Positions 45,077 to 55,389 of a stretch of DNA of 64,000 nucleotides are shown piece after piece (positions within the stretch are counted from its first letter, which is position 1; each line of letters opens with the position of its first letter). Below the pieces are notes generated by a model, which made no database searches, had not been told where the DNA came from, and saw nothing but the letters and a program-made list of their open reading frames with translations. This DNA is from Thermoanaerobaculia bacterium (GTDB taxonomy: Bacteria; Acidobacteriota; Thermoanaerobaculia; UBA5066; Gp7-AA6). Both the position numbers and the translations under genes were made by a program. The stretch is taken from positions 3,539 to 67,538 of the forward strand of contig DATKAE010000084.1 in the NCBI GenBank assembly GCA_035498405.1. The letters are read 5' to 3'.

Positions 45077-47358
45077 GTTGGTCTCACCTCCAGCGCTCGC
45101 GGTCGATTCTGTCTTTTTCCGGGCCACCAGTTCCACTTTCCGGCCAACCTCAAGAGCGCCGGCCCGATGACCATTCGCACGATCGTCGCGTCCAAGAGGA
45201 CGGCGGCGGTGAGGGTGAAGCCGAGCATCTGAATCGGCAGGAACTCGCCCAACGCAAACGACGCGAAGACCGCCGTCATGATCGCCGCAGCGCTGGTGAT
45301 CACTCCTCCGGTCCGCGACAGGCCTTCCACGATCGCTGCCCCTTCGGAGAGGCCGCCGCGCCGGGCTTCGGCAACCCGAGAGACCAGAAAGACCTCGTAG
45401 TCCATGCTCAAGCCGAACACGATGCAGAACGCGAGCACCGGGACGATCGTGAAGACGCGTTCGGTCGGCCCGGCCAGGCCAAACCACTCTGCGCCGTGAC
45501 CCTCCTGAAAGACGAGGACGAGGGCCCCGAAGGCGGCGGCAACGGTCAGGAGGTTGAGGGTAACGGCCTTGGCCGCGACCAGAACGGACCGGAATCCGAT
45601 GAAGAGGGCGAGAAAGGTGACGGCCATGACCAGGAGGACGACCAGACGGAATCGCCCGGCGACCATGTCCTCGAACTCGGTGGCCGCCGCGGCGAGGCCG
45701 CCGACGCGCAGGCGCGTTCCCGGGAGGCCCGTCAAGGCTGCCGCGTCGGCGTCCCGCAACTCGCGGGCGAGCTTCTCGGTGTCGGCGCGCAGCCGAGCCG
45801 GATCCGAGGAAGGCATCGCCGGGACGATCTCGAAGAGAACCGAGCGCTCGTCGGCCGAAAGAAGGCCTTGGCGGGCGTTGCGCGAGAGACTTCGGAGCTT
45901 TTCTCGCGTGACCCCGGCGCCGGCGATCGACGCGAGAGAATGGACCCGTTCGATGCGCGGATCGGCCTCGAGAACCTTCGCGAGACGCCGCGTCGCGACC
46001 CATCCGTCCTCGCTCGTGACGGGAGCGTCCGGCGGAAGATCCAGCAGAACGCGAAGCCCCTGAATCACGTTTCCTCGCCCCATGCTCTCCAGGCGCTGTG
46101 CCGCGCGGACCGACTCGAGATTGGTCGGCAGCCCTTCCCCGCCCAGGGCCCCGGTCTTCAAGCGGGAGGCCTGGAGCGCAAGCAGCAGCAGGGGAGCGCC
46201 CCCCAGGGTCAGGGCCACCCAGGGCCTCGCGACGACGTGGTTACCCCACCGGTGCCATCGTTTCGACCGGGCGGCGCGGCGGGCCCTCGCCGGGCCGAGC
46301 AACCGCCCGGCGTCGACGCGTCGCCCCAGCACCGCGAGTGTCGCGGGCAACAGCGTCAGGGCCAACAGCAGCGTGAAAAAGGTCACGAGGATGCCGGCGG
46401 CGCCAATCGATCGGAAGTCGCTGGCGGGCACGCTCAGGAGAGCCGCGAATCCGATTCCCACGGGCAGCGCGGACAGAAGCAGGGTCTGCCCGGCCTTCGG
46501 CACACAATCTTCGGCGGCGCGGTCTCCAGAGCCGGTCAGGAGCAGCGACTCGCGAAAGCGGCTGACCATCAGGAGGGCGTAGTCGATGCCGAGTCCGAGG
46601 CCGATCATCGACGCGATGTTCTGGACGAGGATCGAGAGGTGCCAGACACGGGCCAGCATGGCCGAGGCGCCCAGCGTCAACAAGACGGCAAGAACACCGG
46701 TCGCCACGGGCAAGAGCGCCGCGACGACGGAGCCGAAGGCGACGACCAACAGAAGCAGAGTGATGGGGAGTGCTCGCTTCTCCGCCGCCTGCGCGTCCCG
46801 CGAGCTCGCCTCCCGAACATCGGCGTTGAGAGGGATCTCTCCGGTCCATCCGAGCTCCGCGGCCGGGTAGGCGCGGCGCAGCTCTCCTTGCAGGCCCAGT
46901 GTGGCGAGCCGCAGAGGCGCCATCAGGGACTCGGCGGGCCGATTTCCCGAGTCGAGACCCACGACGAGAAATGTGCCTCCTCTTCCTCGGAAGACGGCCT
47001 CGGGAGAGTCGAGATACGAAACCGTCCCGGCGACACCGGGAAGAGCGGAAACCGCGGCGACGACCCGCTCGAGGGCGCGGCGGCCGTCCGGAGTCTCCGG
47101 GTCCGGTATGCCGCCTACGACTAGCACGACACGATGGACAAAAGGGGAGTGAAAGCGGTGAGCGAGGTCGTCGTCGACGCTGGCCGCGAGCGTGCCTTCG
47201 ACGCGGACGATGGACTCCAGCCGGCGAGCCGCGTTGCGCGCCTCGGGCACCAGGACTGCCGCCAGGATCGCCCAGAAGAGCAGAATTCCGAGCCGGCGCC
47301 GAGGGACCCGCCGCGCCAGCCAGGCCAGCGCGGCGGGAGGAGCGCTATCGGACGACAC
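45073..47358 (-). CDS. MMPL/RND-superfamily membrane transporter
   Basis: 761 aa with two blocks of about 6 TM segments separated by periplasmic domains (GIDYALLMVSRF / GLSMDYEVFLVSR motifs). Confidence 0.8.
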   Translation of the reverse strand: MSSDSAPPAALAWLARRVPRRRLGILLFWAILAAVLVPEARNAARRLESIVRVEGTLAASVDDDLAHRFHSPFVHRVVLVVGGIPDPETPDGRRALERVVAAVSALPGVAGTVSYLDSPEAVFRGRGGTFLVVGLDSGNRPAESLMAPLRLATLGLQGELRRAYPAAELGWTGEIPLNADVREASSRDAQAAEKRALPITLLLLVVAFGSVVAALLPVATGVLAVLLTLGASAMLARVWHLSILVQNIASMIGLGLGIDYALLMVSRFRESLLLTGSGDRAAEDCVPKAGQTLLLSALPVGIGFAALLSVPASDFRSIGAAGILVTFFTLLLALTLLPATLAVLGRRVDAGRLLGPARARRAARSKRWHRWGNHVVARPWVALTLGGAPLLLLALQASRLKTGALGGEGLPTNLESVRAAQRLESMGRGNVIQGLRVLLDLPPDAPVTSEDGWVATRRLAKVLEADPRIERVHSLASIAGAGVTREKLRSLSRNARQGLLSADERSVLFEIVPAMPSSDPARLRADTEKLARELRDADAAALTGLPGTRLRVGGLAAAATEFEDMVAGRFRLVVLLVMAVTFLALFIGFRSVLVAAKAVTLNLLTVAAAFGALVLVFQEGHGAEWFGLAGPTERVFTIVPVLAFCIVFGLSMDYEVFLVSRVAEARRGGLSEGAAIVEGLSRTGGVITSAAAIMTAVFASFALGEFLPIQMLGFTLTAAVLLDATIVRMVIGPALLRLAGKWNWWPGKRQNRPRALEVRPT

Positions 47359-47564
47359 GCGGTCCTGTCGAAACGCGAAACAACGCGGACGCGACCCCCA
47401 ACATCAGACGATTCTCACCGGTAGCTCCTCCAGCGGTCGGACTCGCCGCGTCATCCTAGCCCAGAGCCCCGCCAGTGCCCAACCGCGGGGCGCGCTCCGG
47501 CGATGCTTCGGCCCCTGGCCGTCGCGGGGGTCGCGCGCGAGCGCGTCGGTTTGGTCGCGCGGGG

Positions 47565-48575
47565 CTAGGCTGAGCCGAGCGTCTCGCAGGCGAGACGATC
47601 GTAGAGGCGCGCGAGTGACGCGACGAACGGGGCGGGTCGAAAGTGGGCCGCCAGTCGCAGGGAGGCGCGACGGAACGCCTCACGGTCGGCGGGTGAGAAG
47701 AGTACTTCTCGAAGACGGTCGACAAATCCCGAAACGTCCGCCGCGGCGGCGTACTCGGAGGGATACAACAGCCGGTAGGCAGGGAGATCCCGAAAGATCA
47801 CCGGAATGCCGCAGCTGGCGGCTTCCAGGGGCGCGTAGGGGCAGTTCTCCTGAAAGGAGGGGAAGACGAGCGCATCGGCGGCGTTGTAGGCGAGCGGCAT
47901 CTCGGACAGGTCGAGCGATCCCGCAAAACGGAGATTCTCGGGAGGGTGAGCGCGGAGCCGTCGAAGTTGCCGGAGCCCGGCGCTGACGATTCCAAAGGGA
48001 CTGCCCCCGATCCAGACGAACTCTGCTTCCGGCACCCGGCGGGCGATCTCCGCGAACTCCGCGATGCCCTTTCGGGGCTGAAGCTGGCCAACCCCGATCA
48101 CGAGCGGGCGCTCGCGATCAACTCCGAGGAGGGCTCGTCCCTTGCGCCGTAGCCTCGGCGCCGGGAAGAAGCGGTCGTTTCTCAGGGCGTTGGGAACCAC
48201 TTCCACCGGAGACCGAACCCCGAGGCGTTTCAAGGAGAGAGCCGTGTCCGGACTGACCGCGATGAGCAGGTCGGAGAGGTTGTAGATCGTCTTCAGGTAC
48301 CCGCGCACGAGCGGCCGGGTCAGCGGGCTCATCCAGGGGAGCGCGCCTTCGGCGGTCTCGGGAAGCGCGTGAACGGTGAAAACGCGGCGCCCCCGATAAG
48401 AAAGGGCCTTGGAAACATAGAGCGGGCCCCAACTGTGCGAGTGAAGCAGATCGCATGGCTCCGCGCTGTTGACTCGGATCTCGAGATCGGGGTGTTCGCT
48501 CATGAGGTCGACGCAGTCGAGGAAGGCGGTATGGCCTCCTTGCGCCGTCAGGCCGAACCGCACCGTCTCGGACAT
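47565..48575 (-). CDS. Glycosyltransferase family 4
   Basis: Trimmed to ATG 48575. GT-B C-terminal motif (VFPSFQENCPYAPLEAASCGIPVI). Confidence 0.75.
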   Translation of the reverse strand: MSETVRFGLTAQGGHTAFLDCVDLMSEHPDLEIRVNSAEPCDLLHSHSWGPLYVSKALSYRGRRVFTVHALPETAEGALPWMSPLTRPLVRGYLKTIYNLSDLLIAVSPDTALSLKRLGVRSPVEVVPNALRNDRFFPAPRLRRKGRALLGVDRERPLVIGVGQLQPRKGIAEFAEIARRVPEAEFVWIGGSPFGIVSAGLRQLRRLRAHPPENLRFAGSLDLSEMPLAYNAADALVFPSFQENCPYAPLEAASCGIPVIFRDLPAYRLLYPSEYAAAADVSGFVDRLREVLFSPADREAFRRASLRLAAHFRPAPFVASLARLYDRLACETLGSA

Positions 48576-49103
48576 GACGTTCACTCGGAGCCTTCGCCCG
48601 AGCTTTTCGCGGATGCGGAGAGGGGGAAACGCGGGAGGCGGCGCTCCGGCGAGTCGATCGGGATGCGGCAGCGTCCGCACGCCTTGCTCGACCGGAAGAA
48701 TCGACTGGGTCGTCACCTCGTCGTGCCGGCGAGGGGGGATCCACGGTGCTCGTGCGCCCCGGTTCGAAGAAGTGTGCTCACGTACTTCCGCCCACCGCCT
48801 TTCGCCTGTCCAATCCCCCGACCGAGTGTAGTTTTTGGAACATGAACAGGGGATAAAGCCGGTTCTCGATGGAGCGATCGGTCGAATCGCGATCCGGGCG
48901 ACGAGCGAGGGATAGCCCGCCGGGCGCCGGGAGCCTCGGGTGGCGATGACTTCCTTGTCGAGCGATGGCGCCGCGATCGGGAATCGCTCGCGGCAGCCTC
49001 TCTCGGCCCGTGGTCCACTCGGAAATTCGAAAGGCGCGCCAGGCCGGGGGTTCTCACGGCACTCGTGCGAGACGGCCGAGTTTCGGTTAGGTTTGCAGGC
49101 GCA

Positions 49104-50246
49104 ATGGCCCTCGCCGACGACACCCGATGGCCCTCCCCGGCCCGGGCGATCATCGACCTCGGCGCGATCGCGCGGAACTACCGCTTCCTGCGCGAGCGTG
49201 TCGGCCGGGGGCGCTCCGTCATCGCGGTCGTGAAGGCCGACGCCTATGGCCACGGCGCCCCGGCGGTCGCCAGACGCCTGGCCGTCGAAGGTGCGGACCG
49301 TTTCGCGGTCGCACAGGTCGAAGAAGGAGTCGCTCTGCGCCGGGCCGGCGTCGAGGGAGAGATTCTGGTGCTTTGCCATGCCGAGCCTTCGGATCTGCCG
49401 CGCCAGCGTGCCTATGGCCTGACTCCGACACTCTACGACCGACGTCAGGCCGAGGCGGTCATCCTCGCCTCGCGCGCCCGAGGCGAGCGGCTCCGAGCCC
49501 ACCTGGAGCTGGACACGGGCATGGGACGCGCGGGGATCCGCCGCGACGAACTCGATGCCGTCATTGCTTTCCTGAAAGGAGAGCCCGCCGTCGAGCTCGC
49601 CGGGACCTTCGCAACGCTTTCGGCCGCGGACGACCCCGCGTCGCCGGAAACGGGCCGCCAGACCGCCGCCATGGCGGAGTGCATCGAGCGGCTCCGCGCG
49701 TCGGGCGTGTCGCCCGGTCTCGTGCACGTCGCCAATTCGGCGGGCGTTCTCGCCCATCCGGAGTCCTGGTTCGACGCGGTGCGCCCGGGTCTGGCCCTGT
49801 ACGGCGTTGCTCCATCGGCCGAGCTCGACTCGACCGGCCTCTGCCCGGCGATGAGCGTCGAGACCCGGGTGATCGGCGTGCGGCAGGTTCCGGCCGGGAC
49901 GCCGCTCGGTTATGGCGGACGCTTCGTGGCGCGGCGGCAGACGACCGTGGCCGTTCTGCCGATCGGCTATCATGACGGTTTCCGTCGATCCTTCTCCGGA
50001 AAAATCGACGTGCTCCTGCGAGGGAGCCGAGTGCCCGTGGTGGGAGCCATCAGCATGGACGTCACGCTGGTCGATGCGACCGAAACCGGCGCGGCCCGCG
50101 GCGATCGGGTGGTCTGCCTCGGAAGCGACGGAGCCCAAGCCGTGACGGCCGGCGAGCTGGCACGGGCCGCCGACACGATCCCCTACGAGATCCTCTGCGG
50201 AATCGGGCCGCGCGTCGTTCGCGTCTACACGGAGCGCGTCGAGTGA
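49104..50246 (+). CDS. alr: Alanine racemase
   Basis: AVVKADAYGHG PLP-lysine motif, with C-terminal ...YEILCGIG.RV.R.Y. Confidence 0.9.
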   Translation: MALADDTRWPSPARAIIDLGAIARNYRFLRERVGRGRSVIAVVKADAYGHGAPAVARRLAVEGADRFAVAQVEEGVALRRAGVEGEILVLCHAEPSDLPRQRAYGLTPTLYDRRQAEAVILASRARGERLRAHLELDTGMGRAGIRRDELDAVIAFLKGEPAVELAGTFATLSAADDPASPETGRQTAAMAECIERLRASGVSPGLVHVANSAGVLAHPESWFDAVRPGLALYGVAPSAELDSTGLCPAMSVETRVIGVRQVPAGTPLGYGGRFVARRQTTVAVLPIGYHDGFRRSFSGKIDVLLRGSRVPVVGAISMDVTLVDATETGAARGDRVVCLGSDGAQAVTAGELARAADTIPYEILCGIGPRVVRVYTERVE

Positions 50247-51013
50247 TTCGTCTGCTCGAGGCGGTGGGCCGGGGAGTCCTGCGCTTCCTCGAAGAGCTCG
50301 GCCGCTTCTTCACCATGCTCGGCCGAATTGCGCTCTGGGCCCCGCGGTCGCCGTACGACATGACGGAGCTGCTGCGGCAGATGGTCCGTGTCGGCGTGGA
50401 CTCGATTCCCGTTGTCTTTCTGACGACACTCTTCACGGGAATGGTGCTCGCGCTCCAGACCCACAACGCGTTCGCCAAGTTCAACGCGACGAGTCTCACG
50501 GGAACGGTCGTCGCTCTCTCCCTGATGCAGGAGCTCTCGCCCGTGCTCTCCGCCTTGATGGTCACCGGCCGGGTCGGCAGCTCGATGGCGGCCGAGATCG
50601 GATCGATGCGCATCACCGAGCAGATCGACGCGCTGACGGCGCTCGCGACCGAGCCCGTGCAATACCTCTTCGTCCCTCGCGTGCTGGCGTCGATCGTGAT
50701 GATGCCGCTTCTGGTCGTCATGGGGGACGTCGTCGGCATGTACGGGGGCTACCTCGTCGCCGTCAATCTCCTGGGCTCGAACCCCGTGACCTACTACGAA
50801 AACTCGTTCGAGCATGTCGACATGAACGACTTCACCGCCGGGCTCATCAAGGCGGCGGTCTTCGGCCTGCTCTTCTCGGTCGTGGCCTGCGTGCGGGGTT
50901 ACTACACGGTCGGCGGCGCGGAAGGCGTGGGCCGTTCGACGACGCAGGCGGTCGTCGTCGGGAGCCTCGCCATCTTGCTGTGCGATTTCTTCCTCACGAG
51001 GATCCTGTTTTGA
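50243..51013 (+). CDS. mlaE: MlaE-family ABC permease
   Basis: 256 aa. QMVRVGVDSIPVVFLTTLFTGMVLALQT and ALMVTGRVGSSMAAEIGSMRITEQIDAL motifs. Confidence 0.85.
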   Translation: MIRLLEAVGRGVLRFLEELGRFFTMLGRIALWAPRSPYDMTELLRQMVRVGVDSIPVVFLTTLFTGMVLALQTHNAFAKFNATSLTGTVVALSLMQELSPVLSALMVTGRVGSSMAAEIGSMRITEQIDALTALATEPVQYLFVPRVLASIVMMPLLVVMGDVVGMYGGYLVAVNLLGSNPVTYYENSFEHVDMNDFTAGLIKAAVFGLLFSVVACVRGYYTVGGAEGVGRSTTQAVVVGSLAILLCDFFLTRILF

Positions 51014-51828
51014 CCGCCGACGCCGCGGGGGCGGCCGCTGTGCCGGTGTTGCGTGTCGAGGGCCTGCACAAGGCCTTCGGGGCGCTGAGGGTTCTCGACG
51101 GAATCGATCTGTCGGTCGAGAAGGGCGAGTCCCTGGTGATCGTGGGACCGTCCGGGACCGGCAAGAGCGTTCTCTTGAAGCACCTGATCGGCCTGTTGCA
51201 GCCGGACGCCGGAAAGGTCTATGTCGAGGGGCAGGACCTGTGGGCGCTCGACTCGGTCGCGCGCAACGCGTTGCGGAAGAAGTTCGGCATGTCCTTTCAG
51301 GAGGGCGCCCTGTTCGACTCGATGAGCGTCTTCGAGAACGTCGCTTTCCCCCTGCGGCATTCGGGCCGCTCTGCCGCCGCGGTCAGGGCGCGCGTCGAGG
51401 AGTGTCTGGAGCTGGTCCGGCTGCCCGACATCGGCGCCAAACGGCCGTCGGAGCTCTCGGGCGGCATGCGCCGCCGTGTGGGCTTTGCCCGGGCGATCGC
51501 GCACGCCCCGGAGATCCTGCTGTTCGACGAACCGAATACGGGTCTCGATCCGATCACCACCGACGCCATCGCCGAGGTCATCCTCGGCATCCGCCGACAG
51601 CTTCCCGTGACGATCGTGACGATCACTCACCACATCGCGAGCGCCCGCAAGATCGGCGATCGGCTCGCGCTGCTCTTTCGTGGGAATATCCTCTTCGAGG
51701 GAAGCCCGGAAGAGTTTCTGAGGTCGAGCGACCCGGCGGTGCGGCAATTCGTGGAAGGTCGGGCGGAGGGCCCGTTGACCGTGGAGTTCGAAAAGGCGGT
51801 CCGAACGGCGAATGGGGGGGCGCGATGA
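50980..51828 (+). CDS. mlaF: MlaF-family ABC ATP-binding protein (start uncertain: GTG 50980 or TTG 51010)
   Basis: Walker A GPSGTGKS, signature LSGGMRRR, Walker B LLFDEPNTGLDP. Confidence 0.85.
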   Translation: MRFLPHEDPVLTADAAGAAAVPVLRVEGLHKAFGALRVLDGIDLSVEKGESLVIVGPSGTGKSVLLKHLIGLLQPDAGKVYVEGQDLWALDSVARNALRKKFGMSFQEGALFDSMSVFENVAFPLRHSGRSAAAVRARVEECLELVRLPDIGAKRPSELSGGMRRRVGFARAIAHAPEILLFDEPNTGLDPITTDAIAEVILGIRRQLPVTIVTITHHIASARKIGDRLALLFRGNILFEGSPEEFLRSSDPAVRQFVEGRAEGPLTVEFEKAVRTANGGAR

Positions 51829-53267
51829 GCACCGCAGCGAAGGTCGGGGCGTTCTTTCTCGTGGTTCTCGTGTTGGCCGGGCTTCTGATCTGGAAGATCA
51901 AGGACTTGAGGTTTGGCCGCGTGTCGGCCGAAACCATCTCCGTGCAATTCGACGACGTCGCGGGGCTGAAGAACAAGGCCGACGTCCGGATGGCCGGCGT
52001 GCTCGTCGGCAAGGTGAGCCGAATCCGTCTGATCGGCGGGAAAGCGCTCGTCGACCTGGAGCTGACCAGCGACGTCGCGTTGAGGGAGGGCGCGTCGGCC
52101 ACGATCCAAAGCCTGGGGATGCTCGGCGACAAATATGTGGAACTCGTTCCGGGTCCGGTGGGGGCCGCGGCGCTGCCGGCAGGGACGACCATCCGCGGAG
52201 AGGTCCCGGTCAACTTCGATCAGATCACGAAGCTGGCCCGAGACATCGAGGTCGACATCCGGGATATCACGAAAAACCTCAAGGACTCGCTGGGAGGGGC
52301 GCTCGGCAAGGAGCGCCTGACCTCGATCGTCGACGACGTGCTCGTTCTGTCGAGCGAGCTGCGGAAGCTCCTCGAAGCCAACCGGGCCAACATCGACGCC
52401 ACGACGACGAACTTCCGCGAGTTCTCCGCCCAGATGACGCAGCTCGTCGACCGCATCGACCGGCTGGTCGCCTCGAACCAGGGCAACGTCACGGAAACCA
52501 TGGCGAGCGCGAAGGAGCTCACCAACAAGCTCCAGTCGACGGTTGATAACATGAATGCGATCACCGGGCAGATCAAGTCGGGGGAGGGGACGATCGGAAA
52601 GCTCGTCCAGAGCGACCAGACCGACAAGAACCTGAACGACGCGCTCGTGGCGGTCAAGGACGGCGTCAAGAACCTCACCTCGGCGATGGAGACGGTGAAG
52701 AAGTGGAACATCGACCTCGGTCTGCGTGGCGAATACCTGTCGCGCTTCCAGAAGGGACAGTCGTTCTTTACTCTCGACGTCATTCCAAGAGACAAGCCCC
52801 GCTTCTATCGCCTCGAGCTTTCGAGCGAGCCCTTCGGAGTGCGGAAGGACTATACGACGATCACCACCATCACCTACCCCGACGGACACACCGAGGTCAT
52901 TCACTCCGATCAGGTGGAGTTCAAGGACACCGTCGCCGTCTCGGCGGAGGTGGGCTTCCGGCTCGGGCACTTCATCGGGCGCGCGGGGTTGATCGAGAAC
53001 ACGGGCGGCGTCGGGCTCGACTACCTGACGCTCAAGAACCGCCTCCTCTTGTCGGCGCAGGTCTGGAACTTCGATCGAGGGGACAATCTGAATGCCCAGG
53101 CGAAACTGACGGGACGCTACTACTTCTCCCCGTCGGTCTACGTGACGGGCGGGTGGAACGACTTTCTCAACACCAAGGCGCACCTGGACTCGGCGTTCGT
53201 CGGGGCCGGCGTTCGGTGGGGCGACGAGGACGTCAAGTACCTCGCCGGATTCGTCCCGCTTCATTGA
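51825..53267 (+). CDS. mlaD: MCE/MlaD-domain protein with long coiled-coil and beta-rich C-terminal extension
   Basis: ATGA overlap with mlaF. N-terminal TM segment, MCE domain (VQFDDVAGLKNKADVRMAGVLVGKV...), helical region of about 170 aa, then about 190 aa of alternating-hydrophobic beta-strand-like sequence. Confidence 0.8.
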   Translation: MSTAAKVGAFFLVVLVLAGLLIWKIKDLRFGRVSAETISVQFDDVAGLKNKADVRMAGVLVGKVSRIRLIGGKALVDLELTSDVALREGASATIQSLGMLGDKYVELVPGPVGAAALPAGTTIRGEVPVNFDQITKLARDIEVDIRDITKNLKDSLGGALGKERLTSIVDDVLVLSSELRKLLEANRANIDATTTNFREFSAQMTQLVDRIDRLVASNQGNVTETMASAKELTNKLQSTVDNMNAITGQIKSGEGTIGKLVQSDQTDKNLNDALVAVKDGVKNLTSAMETVKKWNIDLGLRGEYLSRFQKGQSFFTLDVIPRDKPRFYRLELSSEPFGVRKDYTTITTITYPDGHTEVIHSDQVEFKDTVAVSAEVGFRLGHFIGRAGLIENTGGVGLDYLTLKNRLLLSAQVWNFDRGDNLNAQAKLTGRYYFSPSVYVTGGWNDFLNTKAHLDSAFVGAGVRWGDEDVKYLAGFVPLH

Positions 53268-53282
53268 GGAGCCGCCCGTCCT

Positions 53283-54638
53283 GTGTGTCCCCGAGCCGCC
53301 AGCGTCTTCGCTTGCCAGAACTGCGGCGCCACCGCGCCGAAGTGGCTCGGCCGGTGTCCGGAATGCGGTGAGTGGAACAGCTACATCGAGGAGTTGCGGG
53401 CCGAGGGTTCCCGCTCCGGGCCCGCGTCGCCGCGGTCGGCATCCGTCGCGATCGGTGAGATCGGATTCGAGGAGAGGCCGCGCTTGGAGACCGGCCTTCC
53501 CGGTCTCGACCGCGTTCTCGGCGGGGGGCTGGTCCCGGGATCGGTGGTTCTGCTCGGCGGCGAGCCCGGAATCGGCAAGTCCACGCTCCTGCTCCAGGCG
53601 GGAAGAGGGCTCGCCCTCCAATCGCGCGAAGTCCTCTACGCCAGCGCGGAGGAATCGGCGGCCCAAGTCAGGCTGCGCGGGGAGAGGCTCGGCATTCGCG
53701 ACCAGAAGCTCCTCGTGTTGGCGGAAACGGACGTCTCCGGCATCCTCGCCGAGGCCGAATCTCGCGGTCCCGCCGTCGTGGTGGTTGACTCGGTGCAGGC
53801 CGTTCGGGAGCCGGCTCTGGCTTCCGCGCCCGGGACCGTGTCGCAGGTCCGGGCGGCGGCCACGGAGCTCGCCCGCTTCGCCAAGTCGCGCGGCGTTCCG
53901 GTCCTTCTGGTTGGCCACGTGACCAAGGACGGCACCCTCGCCGGCCCCAAGTCCCTCGAGCATCTGGTGGATGCGGTCGTCTCGATGGAGGGAGAGCGAG
54001 GCTCGACGCGGCGGATCTTGCGCGCCACCAAGAATCGCTTCGGGCCGGTGGAGGAGTTGGCACTCTTCGAGATGAGCGGCGAAGGCCTGTCCGAGATCCC
54101 GAATGCCTCGGCGGCGCTTCTGTCGGAGCGCCGCGCGGGGTTGGCAGGAAGCTCGGTGACCGCGGCACGGGAGGGGACGCGGTCGTTGCTGGTGGAGATC
54201 CAGGCGCTCGTCGGGGCAGCCGTCTCGGGCTCGCCGCGGCGAGTCGCGCTCGGTCTGGATTCGTCGCGGCTGGCGCTGCTTCTGGCGGTGCTCGAGGGCG
54301 CGGGGATGGGACTCGCCAGTCGGGAAGTCTTCGTCTCTTGCACCGGCGGGCTCGAGATCAGCGAGCCGGGGGTGGATCTGGCCATCGCTGCGGCCCTGGC
54401 TTCCTCGGTCCAGAACCGGCCCCTCCCGGAGGCGGCCGTGTTCTTCGGAGAGATCGGCTTGCTCGGCGAAGTGCGTCGTGTTCCCTCGGCGGTATCGCGG
54501 CTCAGGGAGGCCGCGGCCCTCGGGTTTTCGACCGCTTACCTTCCCGCCGGAAACGCTCCGGAGGCCGCGGCGTTCCCGGACCTCACGATCCGTCCGGTCG
54601 ATCGTGTGGCGGACTTCTTGAAATCACTGCGTTCTTGA
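53283..54638 (+). CDS. radA: DNA repair protein RadA/Sms
   Basis: Zinc finger CQNCGATAPKWLGRCPECGEWN, Walker A GEPGIGKST, KNRFG motif, Lon-like C-terminus. Confidence 0.95.
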   Translation: MCPRAASVFACQNCGATAPKWLGRCPECGEWNSYIEELRAEGSRSGPASPRSASVAIGEIGFEERPRLETGLPGLDRVLGGGLVPGSVVLLGGEPGIGKSTLLLQAGRGLALQSREVLYASAEESAAQVRLRGERLGIRDQKLLVLAETDVSGILAEAESRGPAVVVVDSVQAVREPALASAPGTVSQVRAAATELARFAKSRGVPVLLVGHVTKDGTLAGPKSLEHLVDAVVSMEGERGSTRRILRATKNRFGPVEELALFEMSGEGLSEIPNASAALLSERRAGLAGSSVTAAREGTRSLLVEIQALVGAAVSGSPRRVALGLDSSRLALLLAVLEGAGMGLASREVFVSCTGGLEISEPGVDLAIAAALASSVQNRPLPEAAVFFGEIGLLGEVRRVPSAVSRLREAAALGFSTAYLPAGNAPEAAAFPDLTIRPVDRVADFLKSLRS

Positions 54639-54695
54639 ACGGGACCGGCTAGAATCGCAGGTGAGGCTGGTTCGAGTGAACTGCTGCGAAGACAA

Positions 54696-55289
54696 ATGAC
54701 ATCTCACGCAAGGCTCGCGGCATTTCTCGCGGCGGTCCTGTTGCTCGCCGGCTGTAGCGGGATCACGACGTCGGTCGACTACGACCGCGCGGCCGACTTC
54801 TCGAGGTTCAAGACCTACGCGTGGAAGGACGTCCACCCGGTCCAGAACGAGATCGTCGAGAACCGTATCAAGAGCGCCGTGGACCGAGCCCTCGCGGCCA
54901 AGGGCTTCCGGAAGGTCGAGACCGGCCCGGACCTCTGGGTCGTCGAGCACATCAGCTTGACCAAGGAGAAGCAGCTGACCACTTACGACAGCGGCTGGGG
55001 ATACGGCTACCGGGGAGGGTGGGGCGGCGGGATGACCACGGCCACCGTCTCCGAGATCCCGATCGGCGAGCTGGTCCTCGACCTCGTCGACGCGAAGCAG
55101 AATCAGATGGTCTGGCGGGGAACGGCGACCAAGGCCATCGATCAGAACGCGACGCCTCAAGAGCGCGAGAAAACGACGGACGAGGCGGTTCAGAAACTGT
55201 TCGCGGGCTTCCCGCCGGGCAAGTCGGCGAATCGCTACGGCCCGGAGAGGGAGGTTCCCGAGCGGGGCGACAGGCTGGCGGGCCGCTAG
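54696..55289 (+). CDS. DUF4136-family lipoprotein
   Basis: Lipobox LLLAGCSG, DYDRAADFSRFKTYAW, and VLDLVDAKQNQMVWRGTA. Confidence 0.75.
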   Translation: MTSHARLAAFLAAVLLLAGCSGITTSVDYDRAADFSRFKTYAWKDVHPVQNEIVENRIKSAVDRALAAKGFRKVETGPDLWVVEHISLTKEKQLTTYDSGWGYGYRGGWGGGMTTATVSEIPIGELVLDLVDAKQNQMVWRGTATKAIDQNATPQEREKTTDEAVQKLFAGFPPGKSANRYGPEREVPERGDRLAGR

Positions 55290-55389
55290 GTCGTTGCAAA
55301 TCGGCGCAGGGCGCCGCCCATACCCCGTGACCATCGCGGGATCGACATAGAATCAGGCCCCTCTGAGGCCTGGAGGCTGTGGAGGAGAC

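Noticed and set aside
51627-53963. 778-aa minus-strand ORF over mlaD/radA, and the 608-aa ORF 30608-32434 over korA
   Set aside because: Antisense to well-supported genes, and no recognisable domains.
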